Origin: Eledone cirrhosa
Lineage: Eukaryota
NCBI GenBank assembly: GCA_964016885.1
Contig: OZ024757.1
Location: 21,514,001-21,578,000 of the forward strand
Reading direction: 5' to 3'
Length of the DNA: 64,000 nt
Positions 1-15,046 of this stretch are shown here, piece by piece (the stretch's first letter is position 1; the number at the start of each line of letters is the position of its first letter). The position numbers and the translations under genes were made by a program. The notes under the pieces are model-generated. The model ran no database searches. It saw only the letters and a program-made list of their open reading frames with translations, and was not told the origin of the DNA.

Positions 1-718
1 ACAATAAATATATTGTGGTCCCTGGAAGGACCTTAACAATAACACCACCACCACCACCCCTACCAATATAACAGCAACAACAATAAGCCCCAGCATTACA
101 ATAAATATATTGTGGTCCCTGGAAGGACCTTAACAATAACACCACCACCACCACCCCTACCAATATAACAGCAACAACAATAAGCCCCAGCATTACAATA
201 AATATATTGTGGTCCCTAGAAGGACCTTAACAGTAACACTACCACCACCACCCCTACCAATATAACAGCAACAACAATAAACCCCAGCATTACAATAAAT
301 ATATTGTGGTCCCTAGAAGGACCTCAACACCACCACCACCATCACCACCCCCTACCAATATAACAGCAACAACAATAAACCCCAGCATTACAATAAATAT
401 ATTGTGGTCCCTAGAAGGACCTCAACACCACCACCACCATCACCACCCCCTACCAATATAACAGCAACAACAATAAACCCCAGCATTACAATAAATATAT
501 TGTGGTCCCTAGAAGGACCTTAACAGTAACACCACTACCACCATCACCCCTACCAATATAACAGCAACAACAATAAGCCCCAGCATTACAATAAATATAT
601 TGTGGTCCCTGGAAGGACCTCGACACCACCACCACCACCACCCCCAACCAATATAACAGCAACAACAATAAACCCCAGCATTACAATAAATATAGTGTGG
701 TCCCTGGAAGGACCTTAA
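1..718. repeat. ~97-bp minisatellite, ~7.5 copies (continues past the window start)
   Basis: The unit acaataaatatattgtggtccctggaaggaccttaac...ccccagcatt recurs at 1, 98, 195... and contains a small GGTCC-n6-GGACC hairpin. Confidence 0.95.
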
Positions 719-723
719 CTTAC

Positions 724-786
724 CTGCGAATCATAAACCTCGGGTTCAGAAGTCTCCCACACTGTCACAACATATTCCAGGACCAT
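724..786 (-). CDS. Candidate first coding exon MVLEYVVTVWETSEPEVYDSQ (unknown protein)
   Basis: Minus strand reads AAAATGG, then 21 open codons ending in a perfect donor CAG|GTAAGT (phase 0). An in-frame TAA lies two codons upstream of the ATG. No homology recognised. Confidence 0.35.
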
Positions 787-896
787 TTTTTAACAAGGGG
801 GTAATTAAACTCCTTTTTTTGGCTTTTTACGGGTTTTGCCACAATTGGTGCAATAATGATAATAATAATAAATAATAATAATAATAATAATAAATA

Positions 897-1262
897 ATTG
901 TTTCTACTTTTTTGGCACAAGGCCAGCAATTATCCCAGTGTATTACTGGTACTTTATTTTATCGACCCCCGTAAAGGATGAAAGGCAAAGTTAACCTCGG
1001 CGGGATTTGAACTCAGAAGAATAATAATAATAATAATACTTTAGGCACAAGGCCAGCAATTTTGGGAGGCAGGGAAAAGTCGATTATATCGACCCCAGTT
1101 GCGTTACTGGTACTTTGTTTTATCGACCCCCGTAAAGGATGAAAGGCAAAGCTAACCTCGGCGGGATTTGAACACAGAAGGTATGAAGGGCCGTAGATAT
1201 CATATAAGCCGCATTAGCATGTTATCCGACGCTCTACCGATTCTGATAAGACACCGACCTTC
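897..1262 (-). mobile_element. Two SINE family A copies (tRNA-derived)
   Basis: Match to the window-wide consensus (tgagttcaaatcccgccgaggttaactttgcctttcatcctt...ggccttgtgccaaaagtagaaacaatt), flanked by (AAT)n. Confidence 0.9.
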
Positions 1263-1477
1263 GATGATAATAATAATAATGATACTGATACTAATGATAG
1301 TGTAGGTAATAAAATGTGTGTATATATATATTTCCAGTGTCACTAACAGGTAAAAGGCATCCCATTCAGAGATATAATATGGAAGAAAGTGATGCTGACT
1401 TGTTGGTTGTTGGGGTGATGGGAGGAGCGGGAGAACAGCTGCCTGTTGACATAATATCGTAGATGTTACTTTTACTG

Positions 1478-2400
1478 AGAGTGAGAGGCAGTGAGAGGCA
1501 GTGAGATACAGAGAGAGTGTGAGAGGCAGTCAAAGACAGAGAGAGGGAGTGGGTGATAGTGAGATACAGAGAGAGAGAGTGTGAGAGGCAGTCAAAGACA
1601 GAGAGAGAGTGTGAGAGGCAGTGAGATACAGAGAGAGAGAGAGTGAGAGGCAGTCAAAGACAGAGAGAGGGAGTGGGTGGGTGAGAGGCAGTCAAAGACA
1701 GAGTGATGGAGTGAGAGGCAGTCAAAGACGGAGAGAGAGGGAGTGAGAGACGGAGTGAGAGGCAGTCAGAGACAGAGAGAGGGAGTGAGAGACAGAGTGA
1801 GGGAGTGAGAGACAGTCAAAGACAGAGTGAGGAGAGGGAGGCAGTGAGAGAAAGAGAGAGAAAGCAAGTGATAGAGTGTAAGAGAGAGAGGGGGTTAGAT
1901 ATTACTTTTTGTAAGAGAGAGAGAGGGAGGGGTGAGAGGTAAAAGAGAAAGAGTGTGAATGTAGAAAGAAAGAGAGATAGAGTGAGTGAGAGAGTGAGAG
2001 AGAGAAAGAGCACGTGAAGGTATTTTTGATATAGAGAGTGGGAAGGAGAGAGAAAGACAGACAAATAGAGAAGGGGTGGTGTGAGAGAGAGGGTGTGATT
2101 GTAGGAAGGGGGAAAGAGAGAGAGAGAGATAGACAGAGCAAGTGATAAAGAGAGAGAGAGTGTGTGAGTACAAGAGAAAGAGACGGAGTGGTAGGAAGAG
2201 TAACGTCAGCTGGTCCCAACACTTCCATGGGTTGGAAGCAGAGAGAGAGAGATGGAGGGGGTAGAGCGCGAGAGAGTGAAAGGGAGAGAGAGCGCGAGAG
2301 AGTGAAAGGGAGAGAGAAGAGGAGAGAGAGGGTAGGGAGTGAGAGAGAGAGAGAGAGATAGAGAGAGTGAAAGAGAGAGAGATAGGGGGAAGGAGAGAGA
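1478..2400. repeat. Purine-rich (GA)n/GAGGCAGT low-complexity tract
   Basis: Direct reading. Confidence 0.9.
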
Positions 2401-2509
2401 AAAGCTATAGAGTTTCTGTAGAGATTTCAAATGATTCGGTTGTTCACTTAGCTTCTCTTTATTTTACAGTTTGTGGTAAAGGTTGGGTTTCTCTTAGATG
2501 CTGTTGAAT

Positions 2510-2554
2510 CACACACACAGACACACATATAGACACACACACATATATATATAT

Positions 2555-2603
<49 letters not shown>

Positions 2604-2610
2604 GATACAC

Positions 2611-2642
<32 letters not shown>

Positions 2643-2646
2643 ATAT

Positions 2647-2691
<45 letters not shown>

Positions 2692-2792
2692 TATATACAC
2701 ACATACATATATATACACACACACACACACATATATACACACATACATATATACACACACACACACACACATATATACACACATACATATAT

Positions 2793-2879
<87 letters not shown>

Positions 2880-3030
2880 GACACACACATATATATATAT
2901 ATATACACAGACACACATATATATATATATATACACAGACACACACATATATATATATATATATACACAGACACATATATATACACACACACAGACACAT
3001 ATATATACACACACACAGACACATATATAT

Positions 3031-3073
<43 letters not shown>

Positions 3074-3214
3074 GATATACATACATAAATACATATATAT
3101 ACACACACATATGTATATATATATATACACACATATACACATATATATATATACACATATATGTACACACACACATATACATATATATATATATACACAT
3201 ATGTACACACACAC

Positions 3215-3247
<33 letters not shown>

Positions 3248-3555
3248 TACACACACAGAGACATATATACACAGATACATACATATATATATATACATAT
3301 ACATACATAAATACATATATATATACACACACATATATATATATACATAAATACATATATATATACGCACACACACATATATATACATAAATACATATAC
3401 ACACACACACATATATATACATACATAGATAGATACATATATACCCACACACACATAGATATATATATACACACATAGATAGATATAAATACATATATAT
3501 ATATACACACACATATATAACTACTGCATACATAGATACACAGACACACATATAT

Positions 3556-3614
<59 letters not shown>

Positions 3615-4300
3615 CATACACAATATATGCATATATATATGTTTTTTTAACTCTTTTACCTGTTCCAGCCATCCAGCTGAGGCCATGCTGGGGCACAACC
3701 CTGGTTGCTCCACATTTTATCTCGATTTTATCTACACATTTTATATACACAAATTTGTGCATATATGCATATATATATATACATACATACATATACACAC
3801 ATACATACATACACACATACATACATACACACATACATACATACATAGATACACAGATACATATATACATAGGGAGACATACACATACATACACACACAC
3901 ACACACACATACATACATACATACATATATACACAGATACATATATACATACATACACACATACATACATAGATACACAGATACATATATACATAGGCAG
4001 ACATACACATACATGCATACATACATACATACATACACACATACATACATATATACAAACATACATACATACATACAAACATACATACACACACACACAT
4101 ACATACATACATACATAGATACACAGATACATAGGCAGACATACACACAGACACAGCCTACACAACAGACAGAGAGGTGTGTCTGTGTGACAGACAGACA
4201 GACAGTGGAGAGATAGATATATAGATAGAGAGAGAGAGAGAGACAGATATATATATAGAGAGATAGACACATAGATATATATAGATAGATATATATATAT
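2510..4300. repeat. Compound (CA)n/(TA)n/(CATA)n microsatellite field
   Basis: Direct reading; it explains the ORFs at 2448-4346. Confidence 0.95.
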
Positions 4301-4484
4301 AATTGTTTCTACTTTTTGGCACAAGGCCAGCAATTACCCAGTGCATTACTGGTACTTTATTTTATCGACCCCCGTAAGGATGAAAGGCAAAGCTGACCTC
4401 GGCGGGATTTGAACTCAGAATGGAAAGGGCCGTAACTCTATGCGTCAAAGCATGACGTCCGACCCTCTACCGATACTGCCAATC

Positions 4485-4489
<5 letters not shown>
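4301..4489 (-). mobile_element. Near full-length SINE family A
   Basis: Reverse complement reads cggtggattggcagtatcggtagagggtcgg...gagttcaaatccc...gtagaaacaatt, with A- and B-box-like motifs. Confidence 0.92.
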
Positions 4490-4549
<60 letters not shown>

Positions 4550-4761
4550 ATATATATAGAGAGAGACAGAGATATATATATAGATATAGAGAGAGATAGA
4601 TATAGAGAAATATAGATATATAGATATATATATAGATAGATAGATATAGAGCAATATAGATATATATATATAGATATTTATATAGAGAGATAGAGAGATA
4701 TATATATATATAGAGAGAGAAATATAGATATAGATATATATATATAGAGAGACAGAGAGAA

Positions 4762-4792
<31 letters not shown>

Positions 4793-4799
4793 TATATAG

Positions 4800-4830
<31 letters not shown>

Positions 4831-4863
4831 TATATAGATATATATATATATAGAGAGAGAGAG

Positions 4864-4902
<39 letters not shown>

Positions 4903-4919
4903 TATATAGATATATATAT

Positions 4920-4970
<51 letters not shown>

Positions 4971-5201
4971 TAGATATAGAGAAATATATATATATAGAGA
5001 GAGAGAGAGAGATAGATATAGAGAAATATATATATATAGAGAGAGAGAGAGATAGATATATATTTAGAGAGAGAGAGAGATATAGATATATATTTAGAGA
5101 GAGAGATATAGATATAGAGAGATATATATAGATATAGATATATATAGAGAGAGAAATATATATATAGAGAGATATATATATAGAGAGATAGATATAGAGA
5201 A

Positions 5202-5238
<37 letters not shown>

Positions 5239-5283
5239 AATATATATATAGAGAGATATATATATAGAGAGATAGATATAGAG

Positions 5284-5352
<69 letters not shown>

Positions 5353-5395
5353 AATATATATATATAGATATATATAGAGAGAGATAGGTATAGAG

Positions 5396-5468
<73 letters not shown>

Positions 5469-5850
5469 AATATATATATATAGATATATATAGAGAGAGA
5501 TAGGTATAGAGAAATATATATATAGAGAGAGATATATATAGATATATATAGATATATATAGAGAGAGATATATATATAGAGAGAGATAGATATAGAGAAA
5601 TATATATATATAGAGAGAGATAGGTATAGAGAAATATATATATATAGAGAGATATATATAGATATATATAGATATATATAGAGAGAGATATATATATAGA
5701 GAGAGATAGATATAGAGAAATATATATATATATAGAGAGAGAGATATAGATATATATATAGAGAGATAATAAACAGTAGGTGTGAGTGATAGGGAGAGGA
5801 TGGGCTGGAGTGTTTGTTGGTTATATATATATATATAGAGAGAGAGAGAG
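4490..5850. repeat. Compound (GA)n/(TA)n/(GATA)n microsatellite field
   Basis: Direct reading. Confidence 0.95.
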
Positions 5851-6164
5851 ACGGGGGGGTGGGGATGGAAGCTGTGTTAGTCAGTCTGGCAGTCATACTG
5901 ACAAACAGTCAATGCCAACTGTTATAGGGTTAGAGAATTTCTAAGTGGCGTCTGCTGCAGGCTTCTTAGCTTTGGTACATTTAGCAGAGAGGGAGACAAA
6001 CAGACATTGTGTCTAGCTGTCTAAATATGTGTGTGTAGGAGAGACAGAGAGAGCGAGAGGGTGCTGTGGTAATAAGACTGGTGAAGAGGGAGGTTAGGGT
6101 GGAATATATATTTGTTTGTGTATGTGTAGATATATATATATATATATTATTCAACTTTTTCAAA

Positions 6165-6332
6165 TACAAGTCGATGTTGAACGGTATGTCAAATCTATTT
6201 ATCTATAAAACTGTCTATATTGTATTTTGTCTGAGGAAGGCATAACATATTGTTAATATGATATCCCTGAAATATATATAATGAAATAAATATGGTTTTA
6301 TAAATATAGTTTCCATTTATTTAATATCGTAT
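6165..6332 (+). mobile_element. Penelope-like terminal fragment with degenerate hammerhead core; sister copy at 53270-53435
   Basis: CTGAGGA-AGGCAT...ATCCCT-GAAA; about 165 bp nearly identical to 53270-53435. Confidence 0.55.
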
Positions 6333-6399
6333 ATTATATATATATATATTTTTTGGTTTTTTTTTTGTCGATCGACTTTCGTCAAATCGGACTGAGGAA

Positions 6400-6581
6400 A
6401 CAATGTTTCCATGGGTCTTTCCAGTTGCTAATACTATCTATTGCTCGCAACTCCAGGTAGAAGGAGCAACGTGAAATAAAGTGTCTTGCTCAAGGACATA
6501 ACGCATCACCCGGTCCAGGAATCGAACTCACAACCTCACGATTGCAAATCCAATTCTCTAACCACACAGCCACGCGCCTTC
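6400..6581 (-). mobile_element. CORE-type tRNA SINE (family B relative, older)
   Basis: Reverse complement gives tRNA-like head gaaggcgcgtggctgtgtggttagag...gagttcgattcc plus ccttgagcaagacacttt. Confidence 0.8.
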
Positions 6582-6822
6582 ATATATATATATATATATA
6601 ATAATTGTTTCTACTTTTGGCACAAGGCCAGCAATTACCCAGTGCATTACTGGTACTTTATTTTATCGACCCCGTAAGGATGAAAGGCAAAATAATAATA
6701 AATTTGAAGACTAAAATCCAAATATCCACTTCTGCGTTTACTGATTGACTTTGTTAGTTTCAGAAGATCCCGTTAAGGGTGAAAGCAGCGATTCTTTGCT
6801 TAAACTTTAATCTGTTATTTTA

Positions 6823-6860
<38 letters not shown>

Positions 6861-7165
6861 ATGCTTTGGGAGGGTCATCTTGCCAATAAGAAACACACGC
6901 ACCAGTTGCTTTCACTTCAATTTATTGTAAATTAAATTTATAAATTTAGGAATTTATAAATTTCCGGTTGGTTGGTTGGTTGGTTCCACAACCAGACGAT
7001 TGTTCATATATTGTCAAAGTTCTTTCGTCACACATTCTGTGGCCTCTTCAGTGACTGGGGATTCTTTTCTTTGTTTTTGTGCCTCTCCTTTGTTGTGTCC
7101 TACGCCATCTTGTTTTTGTGTGTCTATATATATATATATATATAGAGAGAGAGATTATATATATA

Positions 7166-7227
<62 letters not shown>

Positions 7228-7420
7228 ATTAGAAATTGATTGACATATATATATATATATATCTAAAATAAACATATGAAACAATCACAGGGAATAATTT
7301 GTAAAAGTGTGTAAGCACACACAGATATAAAATGCTCGGATCTATTCATTGGAATCTTGGAGCATATTCTACAGGGGATATGGTGCATGTCTCTCAGACA
7401 TGACACCCTTAATTTAATTT

Positions 7421-7478
<58 letters not shown>

Positions 7479-7566
7479 TACACATATATATATATATATG
7501 CATACATGGTGGCTACCAACTCGTTTTCGAGTACGGCCACTACTTTATATCCATGTAGGAGAACCC

Positions 7567-7740
7567 CTACCGATGCGCTGAACGAGTGTGACTTTTCAGT
7601 CCAGCCAGCGACTTGAAAACTCTGGTACAAACACTACACTTGTGACAATTACTGACACATAGTGCTGGGCCCATGGTACCATGTGATGACAAGTGCAGAG
7701 AGATCTCCAGATATAAAGCGATGCCTGTGCCATGAAGCTT
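7567..7740 (-). pseudogene. Isolated C2H2 motif CSVCTRVFKSLAGLKSHTRSAH*, probably the C-terminus of a decayed RTE-clade LINE ORF
   Basis: Manual translation of 7650->7567 gives NCHKCSVCTRVFKSLAGLKSHTRSAHR*: a single finger followed by a stop, with no TGEKP linker. RTE-BovB-type ORFs end this way. Confidence 0.55.
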
Positions 7741-8176
7741 TTATAGTGAGCAAAAGAAGAACAAGTCAACATCATTGGATACCATCAGGGTTGCAGGTGT
7801 TATATCAGAGTTTTCCTTCTCCTAGAATTCTGCCTTGACAAAGGCTAAGGGGTCATACATACATACATCATCATCATCACCGTTTTAGGTCCATTCTTCC
7901 ATGCTAGTATGGGTTAGACGAGTTGTCCTGTTGTAGCCAACGCTAGGTCAGGTGACCATGTCTTGCTAATACAGAACATACATATACATACATATATACA
8001 TATACTTACATATACATACATACATATCTGTTGCTGCAGTCTCAATTACACACTCTGTATTTATACAGATATAACTTTATCATATACTTTGGCTGCTACC
8101 GCACTTCTTACTATATATATACTTTGTAACCACCCCTTACTCCTCTTCGGAGTTCCTGTTCTCCCCCTATCCTAAC

Positions 8177-8212
8177 TTTCCTGATGAAGGGCTTCTGTCC
8201 GAAACGTTGAAA
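8177..8212 (+). ncRNA. Minimal hammerhead ribozyme motif (Penelope-like type)
   Basis: UUUC-CUGAUGA-A-GGGC(uucu)GUCC-GAAAC-GUU-GAAA. Stem I is UUUC/GAAA, stem II is 4 bp, stem III is the palindrome AACGUU. Confidence 0.75.
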
Positions 8213-8251
8213 CCTCCTCCACTTGCCTTCTGTGTTTTATTCATTAATTTT

Positions 8252-8255
<4 letters not shown>

Positions 8256-8315
<60 letters not shown>

Positions 8316-9035
8316 GGGAAAATGAAGAGAAGGAAAGAAGAATGGAGATCAATGGATGAGTAACAGAGAGACTCACACATTAAGATATATACACACAGAC
8401 ATACACACAGACACACACACAGATACACACACACATTAAGACACAGAAACACTCAGAAACACAAACTAAAACACACAAACTCTCAAAAATATACTCACAC
8501 ACAGACACACAAACACTCAGATATAGACACACAAACACACAGACACTCACACACAAACACACACAAATACAGACACAGACACACACACATACAGACATAC
8601 AAACACACAGACACACACACATACAGACACAAACACACAGACACACAAACACAAACACACACAAACACACAGACACACAAACACACATATGCACACACAA
8701 ACACACATACACACACACAGAGACACACAGACACACAAACACACAGGCACAAACACACACATACAGACACACAAACACAGACACACGCACAAACACACAC
8801 AGACACACAAACACGCACACGCAAAAACACAGACAGACACACAAACACACAGACACAAAACATTCACGCTCAAACACATACTCACAAAGACACACACAAA
8901 CACACAGACATACACACACACACATATCCTACACACACATATTTTCTCACACACACACACACACGTATTTTACCCACACAGACATATCCTACACACACAT
9001 ACAGACAGACATATTCTACATACAAACAAACACAC
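8256..9035. repeat. (TA)n/(TG)n then (CA)n/CAGA microsatellite field
   Basis: Direct reading. Confidence 0.9.
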
Positions 9036-9385
9036 AGAACTAAATTAGTAATGATATCAAATAATTGGCACAAGGCCAGCAATTTGGTCGGCGCGGAGGG
9101 GTGGGGGTGTTGATTATATTGACCCCCAGTATTTAACTGATAATTTACTTTATCAACTCTGGAAGCATGAAAGCAAAGTTGACCTCAGCAGGATTTGAAA
9201 TCAGAACAAATACCAAGCTTTATTGTACGATTCCTTAACAGTTGCTCCAATCTACCCCCACCACACGATCACCCCCACATGTCCACAACCACAGACACCC
9301 CCCCATCCCACTCACAGTTGTGGTAAGAAACTCTCAGGAGAGCTGGACAGCAGAAGGTCTTCATATATATATATAGCAAGTTTAA

Positions 9386-10605
9386 CCCTTTAGCATATAC
9401 ATTACTCTATATTTACTATTGTATTTTCACAGTAAACACTTTACCTCACATAATATCTCACATAACATTTACATTACTCTATATTTACTATTGTATTTTC
9501 ACAGTAAACACTTTACCTCACATAATATCTCACATTTACATTAGTCACATAACATTAGTCACATAACATTTACATTAGTCTATATATACTATTGTATTTT
9601 CACAGAAAACACTTTACCTCACATAATATCTCACATAACATTTACATTACTCTATATTTACTATTGTATTTTCACAGAAAACACTTTACCTCACATAATA
9701 TCTCACATAACATTTACATTAGTCTATATATACTATTGTATTTTCACAGAAAACACTTTACCTCACATAATATCTCACATAACATTTACATTACTCTATA
9801 TTTACTATTGTATTTTCACAGAAAACACTTTACCTCACATAATATCTCACATAACATTTACATTACTCTATATTTACTTTTGTATTTTCACAGTAAACAC
9901 TTTACCTCACATAATATCCCACATAATATCAAATCTATGAGATTTTGATAACTTTGCCTTTCATCCTTACGGGGTCGATAAAATAAAGTACCAGTAATAC
10001 ACTGGGATAATTGCTGGCCTTGTGCCAAAAGTAGAAACTATTATTTATTTGTAGATCAATACCTTAACATCAGTATGAGTGGCCAGTTTGAACAAAAAGA
10101 GGTTTCAGAATTCTGGCTGGATAAAGCCGGTTTATAATAATAATGTCACGCAGTAACACAGGGTACCCGACCTCCCATGGGTACATGCTGAAGCATATAA
10201 ACAATATGCCCCCACTCCCCCCACCGCAAGGTGGTCGTGGAGGTGCCACGGCAAAAAAGCACCCAGCCCACACTGTAAAGTGGACGTGTAGGCGCCACGA
10301 AAAAGCACCCAGCACTCACTGTAAATGAGGTTGGTGTTAGGAAGGGCATCCAGCTGTAGAAATCAAGCCAGATCAGTTCCTGTATGAGCAAGGCATGGTC
10401 AGCCGACCAGACACTGCCCACAACAGGACAACCCGTCTAACCCATGCTAGCGTGGAAGAATGGACGTAAAACGGTGATGATGATGATGATGATGATGATG
10501 AATAATAATAATGAAATTATTGTGTACAGTGCTCAGGTGCACTACAACTCATCAAAGGTGCATGTATACTACATAGATACTACACAGTACATAGATACTA
10601 AAGGG
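9386..10605 (-). mobile_element. piggyBac-like non-autonomous element (copy 1) with internal 72-bp array and nested retroposons
   Basis: TTAA|CCCTTTAG...CTAAAGGG|TTAA. About 7 x 72-bp units at 9400-9930. Internal sequence is the reverse complement of copies 2 and 3. Contains SINE A (9950-10042) and a LINE 3' UTR (10143-10500). Confidence 0.8.
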
Positions 10606-11153
10606 TTAAAAGATATATAACGATATATCACTTGAGAAACAGTATTTTGTACATATATACAGACCAAATAATATGTAAATATAAATACTTTAAGATGGTA
10701 TAAAGCCCTAGAGTTCCATAGACAGATCTGTTTCTAGAAACTATATATTTGATGATTTAATGTTAAAGAAGAAAAACAAATGATAAAATAAATATATATT
10801 TTAAAAACTGTGGCCCCTGAGCATGTGTGGTCCTAAGCTAGAATTTATAGGTAAGTCCATCAATGAGTATAGGGTCATCTGTTCCCTACCTGAGTTTCCC
10901 TTATTTTTGATATTTAAGTTTTGTTTCCTCTTTTATTGAAAATATTATAAGTTCCAGTTGTAATCTAATGAATAAAATTGATGGTGATATTGATCTATAT
11001 ATATAGTGACTATATAATCATTAGTAGTTATCTACTAATGATTAGTCACATTGATTTATCATGATCAATAAACCCTCTGAAACGATCGTAAAACAATAAA
11101 CTAATTAAGCACTAAACTTTACCTTTTGTTTTCATTGTCCAACATTATATATA

Positions 11154-11495
11154 CTCTCGGGTTCCAAATGATGGAGTGGGGTTGGAATAAGCAGGGGGAA
11201 TCAGTAATTTTTTTTAGGTTGCCTCCGTTGATTTTTGAAAAACCAGAATTAGTCGTTTAGTTTACATATTAAGATTCCAAGCCATCCTATTTATTTCATA
11301 AAGTATGGGATTTCTAGTAATGTACTTTTTTTGTCATGTTTAATGTTTTTAATGTCTAAAAAAAATTAATTATCACAGGAATGCTACCAATTAAAATAAA
11401 ATTTTGCTGGATATAGATTAGCAAAATTTAATAAGAAACAGGGATCTGAAAAATTAATAAACGGGATGTGGGAGCAATTATTTGAGACCTGAGGG
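11154..11495. mobile_element. Old TA-flanked MITE (Tc1/mariner or pogo-like)
   Basis: TA|CTCTCGGGTTCCAAAT ... ATTTGAGACCTGAGGG|TA imperfect terminal inverted repeats. Confidence 0.5.
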
Positions 11496-11766
11496 TATAT
11501 TTATATGACTCTGTTTTTACTTAGAATACTCAATAGAATCCACTATGATGAAAGCCTTAATAATAAGAACTTTCATCACCTGATCTTGTTGGAATACTTC
11601 TAGATTACTTGGAGTTCTAACAGTGTTATTGGCCCTAACCAGGGCCAGACATTCACCTGCTCTGGCCCATAGTCACATGGAATTTGAGGCCCTTCTCTTA
11701 AAAGAACTGGGGTAAAAAAATTAAAAATAATTATACATGATTATTATTTTTATATTAATGAGAAAG

Positions 11767-12275
<509 letters not shown>

Positions 12276-12959
12276 TATACATACATACATAGCTACGGTA
12301 GGGTGACAGACCCCCACCAGTCATAGTTAGATTGTTGACATAGCTACGATAGGGTGACAAACTCCACCGACTCCACTCACGTTAAGGGGAGGGTGACATT
12401 TGTATTTTTATTTTTATTTTCCATTCGATTATGCTTTATGTCAGTTGGTTGACATGTCTCAGCTTATCTTCATATCTTCATAACTAGCTTCATATCGGTG
12501 TCTTTCCTCGTGTCTTTGTGTCTTTCCTCGGTTGATTTCTCTGAGAAAACAAATCTGAAGCAGGATTTGACCACAGAGATGGGTATAATAAATTAGGTAG
12601 AGTCAGCAAGGCTGTGTCCAACTACTGCCCAAATACTCCAATATAATACACTACTAACCCACTTCAGTAATAATTTTTTGAATAATATTAGCTTGTTATT
12701 GCCACAAGGATGGTGTGAGCAGGGAATGACGAAGGGTGAGGGCAGGGAGTGAATGAGGGGTGGGTGGGTGGGTGAACAAGGATGTGGAGGAGTAAACAAA
12801 AGTGAGGGGGGGGGAGTGAACAAGAACAAGGGTGTGGCAGAGAGTGATGAAGGGTGATGAATGTGTGAGGCAGGGGGAGGAAAGGGGGGGGGATTGAACA
12901 TTACAAAGAGAATTATTAATAAAATATATCCCCCAAACATATAAAGGGAAATAATAATA

Positions 12960-13094
12960 ATTGTTTCTACTTTTGGCACAAGACCAGCAATTATCTCAGT
13001 GTATTACTGGTACTTTATTTTATTGACCCAGTAAAGAATAATAATAATAATAATGATTTCATTTATTAGCCACAAGGGCCGACATGTAGGGGAC

Positions 13095-13127
<33 letters not shown>

Positions 13128-13343
13128 TGTTTCTTATATAGGCACAAGGTCAGCAATATTTGGGGAGGGGAAAGTCGATTAAATCGACCTCAGTACGTTA
13201 CTGGTGCTTTATTTACCGACCCCGTAAGGATGAAAGGCAAAGTTAACCTCAGCGAGATTTGAACTCAGATCATAAAGGGCCGTAACTCTATGCTGCAAAG
13301 CATGGCGCCCGACCCTCTACCGATTCTGCCAATCTACCGCCCT
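12960..13343 (-). mobile_element. SINE A fragment, short Tx1-like 3' end (13055-13097) and full SINE A in (AAT)n
   Basis: Consensus matches. Confidence 0.8.
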
Positions 13344-13362
13344 CAATAATAATAATAATAAT

Positions 13363-13905
13363 AATTTCTTTATTAGCCACACAGGGCTCACATTAAGGAA
13401 ACATTAAAGACAGTACCGGACGAGACAGTGTGGAGTGGGTTTTTTTTTTGTAAAATAAAATTTATAACAGAGATTAAGAAATTAGACATTTATAAAAAAC
13501 AGACATAACAACTTCCCCAAAGGTGAGGAGACTCTAAGGGTCACTTGTGTAGAAATCCCACAAAGCCATGGTCACCCTGTCCGCTAGGCCAACGTGCCCT
13601 CTCCCAGTTGTTCCCCTTCATTCACTTGGGCCACGCTCGCCACTCTCACCCACCTTTCAACAAACTGGTTGGTAGGCAGCACTTCCTTCCCCACCCTGAT
13701 TTCCTCTTCCAGTGAAACCTGAAAAAGTTACTGGAGAGGAAAGTGGCTGCCTCCAACCCTTTCAACTCTTTCACCATGGCCGCCACCAGGCAGATAAAAA
13801 CTGCCTCTCCTCCCCCCCCCCCCTAAAGGAGGATATGTGGGGCAATCTTCAAAAAACCACCCACCCACCCACCCCTATCGTGGTCTGCCAAAGACTGGAT
13901 TGCGG
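13363..13905 (-). mobile_element. L1/Tx1-like LINE 3' fragment, frameshifted
   Basis: Reverse translation includes FFRFH..RKIRVGKEVLPTNQFVERWVRVASVAQV, homologous to 18580-18720. Ends gtggctaataaagaaatt(att)n. Confidence 0.65.
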
Positions 13906-13918
13906 CTTTAATGATGAT

Positions 13919-14100
13919 AATTGTTTCCACTTTTGGCACAAGGCCAGCAATTACCCCCAGTGCATTACTGGTACTTTATTTTATCAACCCCCGTAAGGAT
14001 GAAAGGCAAAGTTAACCTCGGCGGGATTTGAACTCAGACCGTAGAGGGACGTAACTCTATGCTGCAAAGCATGGTGTCCGACTCTCTACCGATACTGCCG
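13919..14100 (-). mobile_element. SINE family A
   Basis: Consensus match. Confidence 0.9.
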
Positions 14101-14329
14101 GTGAAGAAGAAGAAGAAGACAAGAGGCTATCCAAGAGTTAAGTGCAGTGGGCCACCACACCTCAACCTCACGTCATGTCCAATGAGGGTGAGGTCAGTGG
14201 TATATATTGGATGGCTAGCTAGGGGTAGGGCTGGGTGAAAATATAAGACAGCCACCCTCACAGGAGTTAAGATATCCAGCTTAGAGTGGGTGGGGAAGTC
14301 CAGGGGGTCACCTCCCACTGGCCTACACT

Positions 14330-15046
14330 TTAGTAGTAATAGTAGTGGTGGTAGTGGTGGGAGTAGTAGTATGTGTGTAGGGTGTGGTGGTAGGGGTGGT
14401 GGTAGCAGTGATGGTTGTGGTAGTAGTGTAGGAGGTAGTAGCAATAGTAGTAGTGGTGGTTGTCATGGTGGTGGTGGTAGTGGAGGTAGTAGTGGTAGTG
14501 ATGGTTGTGGTAGTGGTAGTGGTAATGATGATTGTGGTAGTAGTGTAGGAGGTAGTAGCAATAGTAGTAGTGGTGGTCGTCATGGTGGCGGTGGTAGTGG
14601 GGGTAGTAGTAGCAAATGTAGTAGTGGTGGTAGTGGAGGTAGTAGTAGTAATGGTAGTGGTAGTGATGGTTGTGGTAGTAGTGTAGGAGGTAGTAGCAAT
14701 AGTAGTAGTGGTGGTTGTCATGGTGGTGGTGGTAGTGGAGGTAGTAGTGGAAGTGATGGTTGTGGTAGTAGTAATGGTAGTGATGATTGTGGTAGTAGTG
14801 TAGGAGGTAGTAGCAATAGTAGTAGTGGTGGTCGTCATGGTAGTGGGGGTAGTAGTAGCAAATGTAGTAGTGGTGGTAGTGGAGGTAGTAGTAGTAATGG
14901 TAGTGGTAGTGATGGTTGTGGTAGTAGTGTAGGAGGTAGTAGCAATAGTAGTAGTGGTGGTAGTGGAGGTAGTAATGGTAGTGGTAGTGATGGTTGTGGT
15001 AGTAGTGTAGGAGTTAGTAGTAGTTGTGGTAGTAGCAATAGTAGTA
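14330..15046. repeat. (GTA/GTG)n-derived array with higher-order repeats
   Basis: Recurrent block gatggttgtggtagtagtgtaggaggtagtagcaatagtagtagtggtgg. Confidence 0.9.

Noticed and set aside
2448-5896. Long YI/CV/HT/SL ORFs here and throughout the window
   Set aside because: These are dinucleotide microsatellite translations.
7567-7650. Host C2H2 zinc-finger gene exon
   Set aside because: A single finger with an immediate stop and no linker fits a LINE ORF terminus better.
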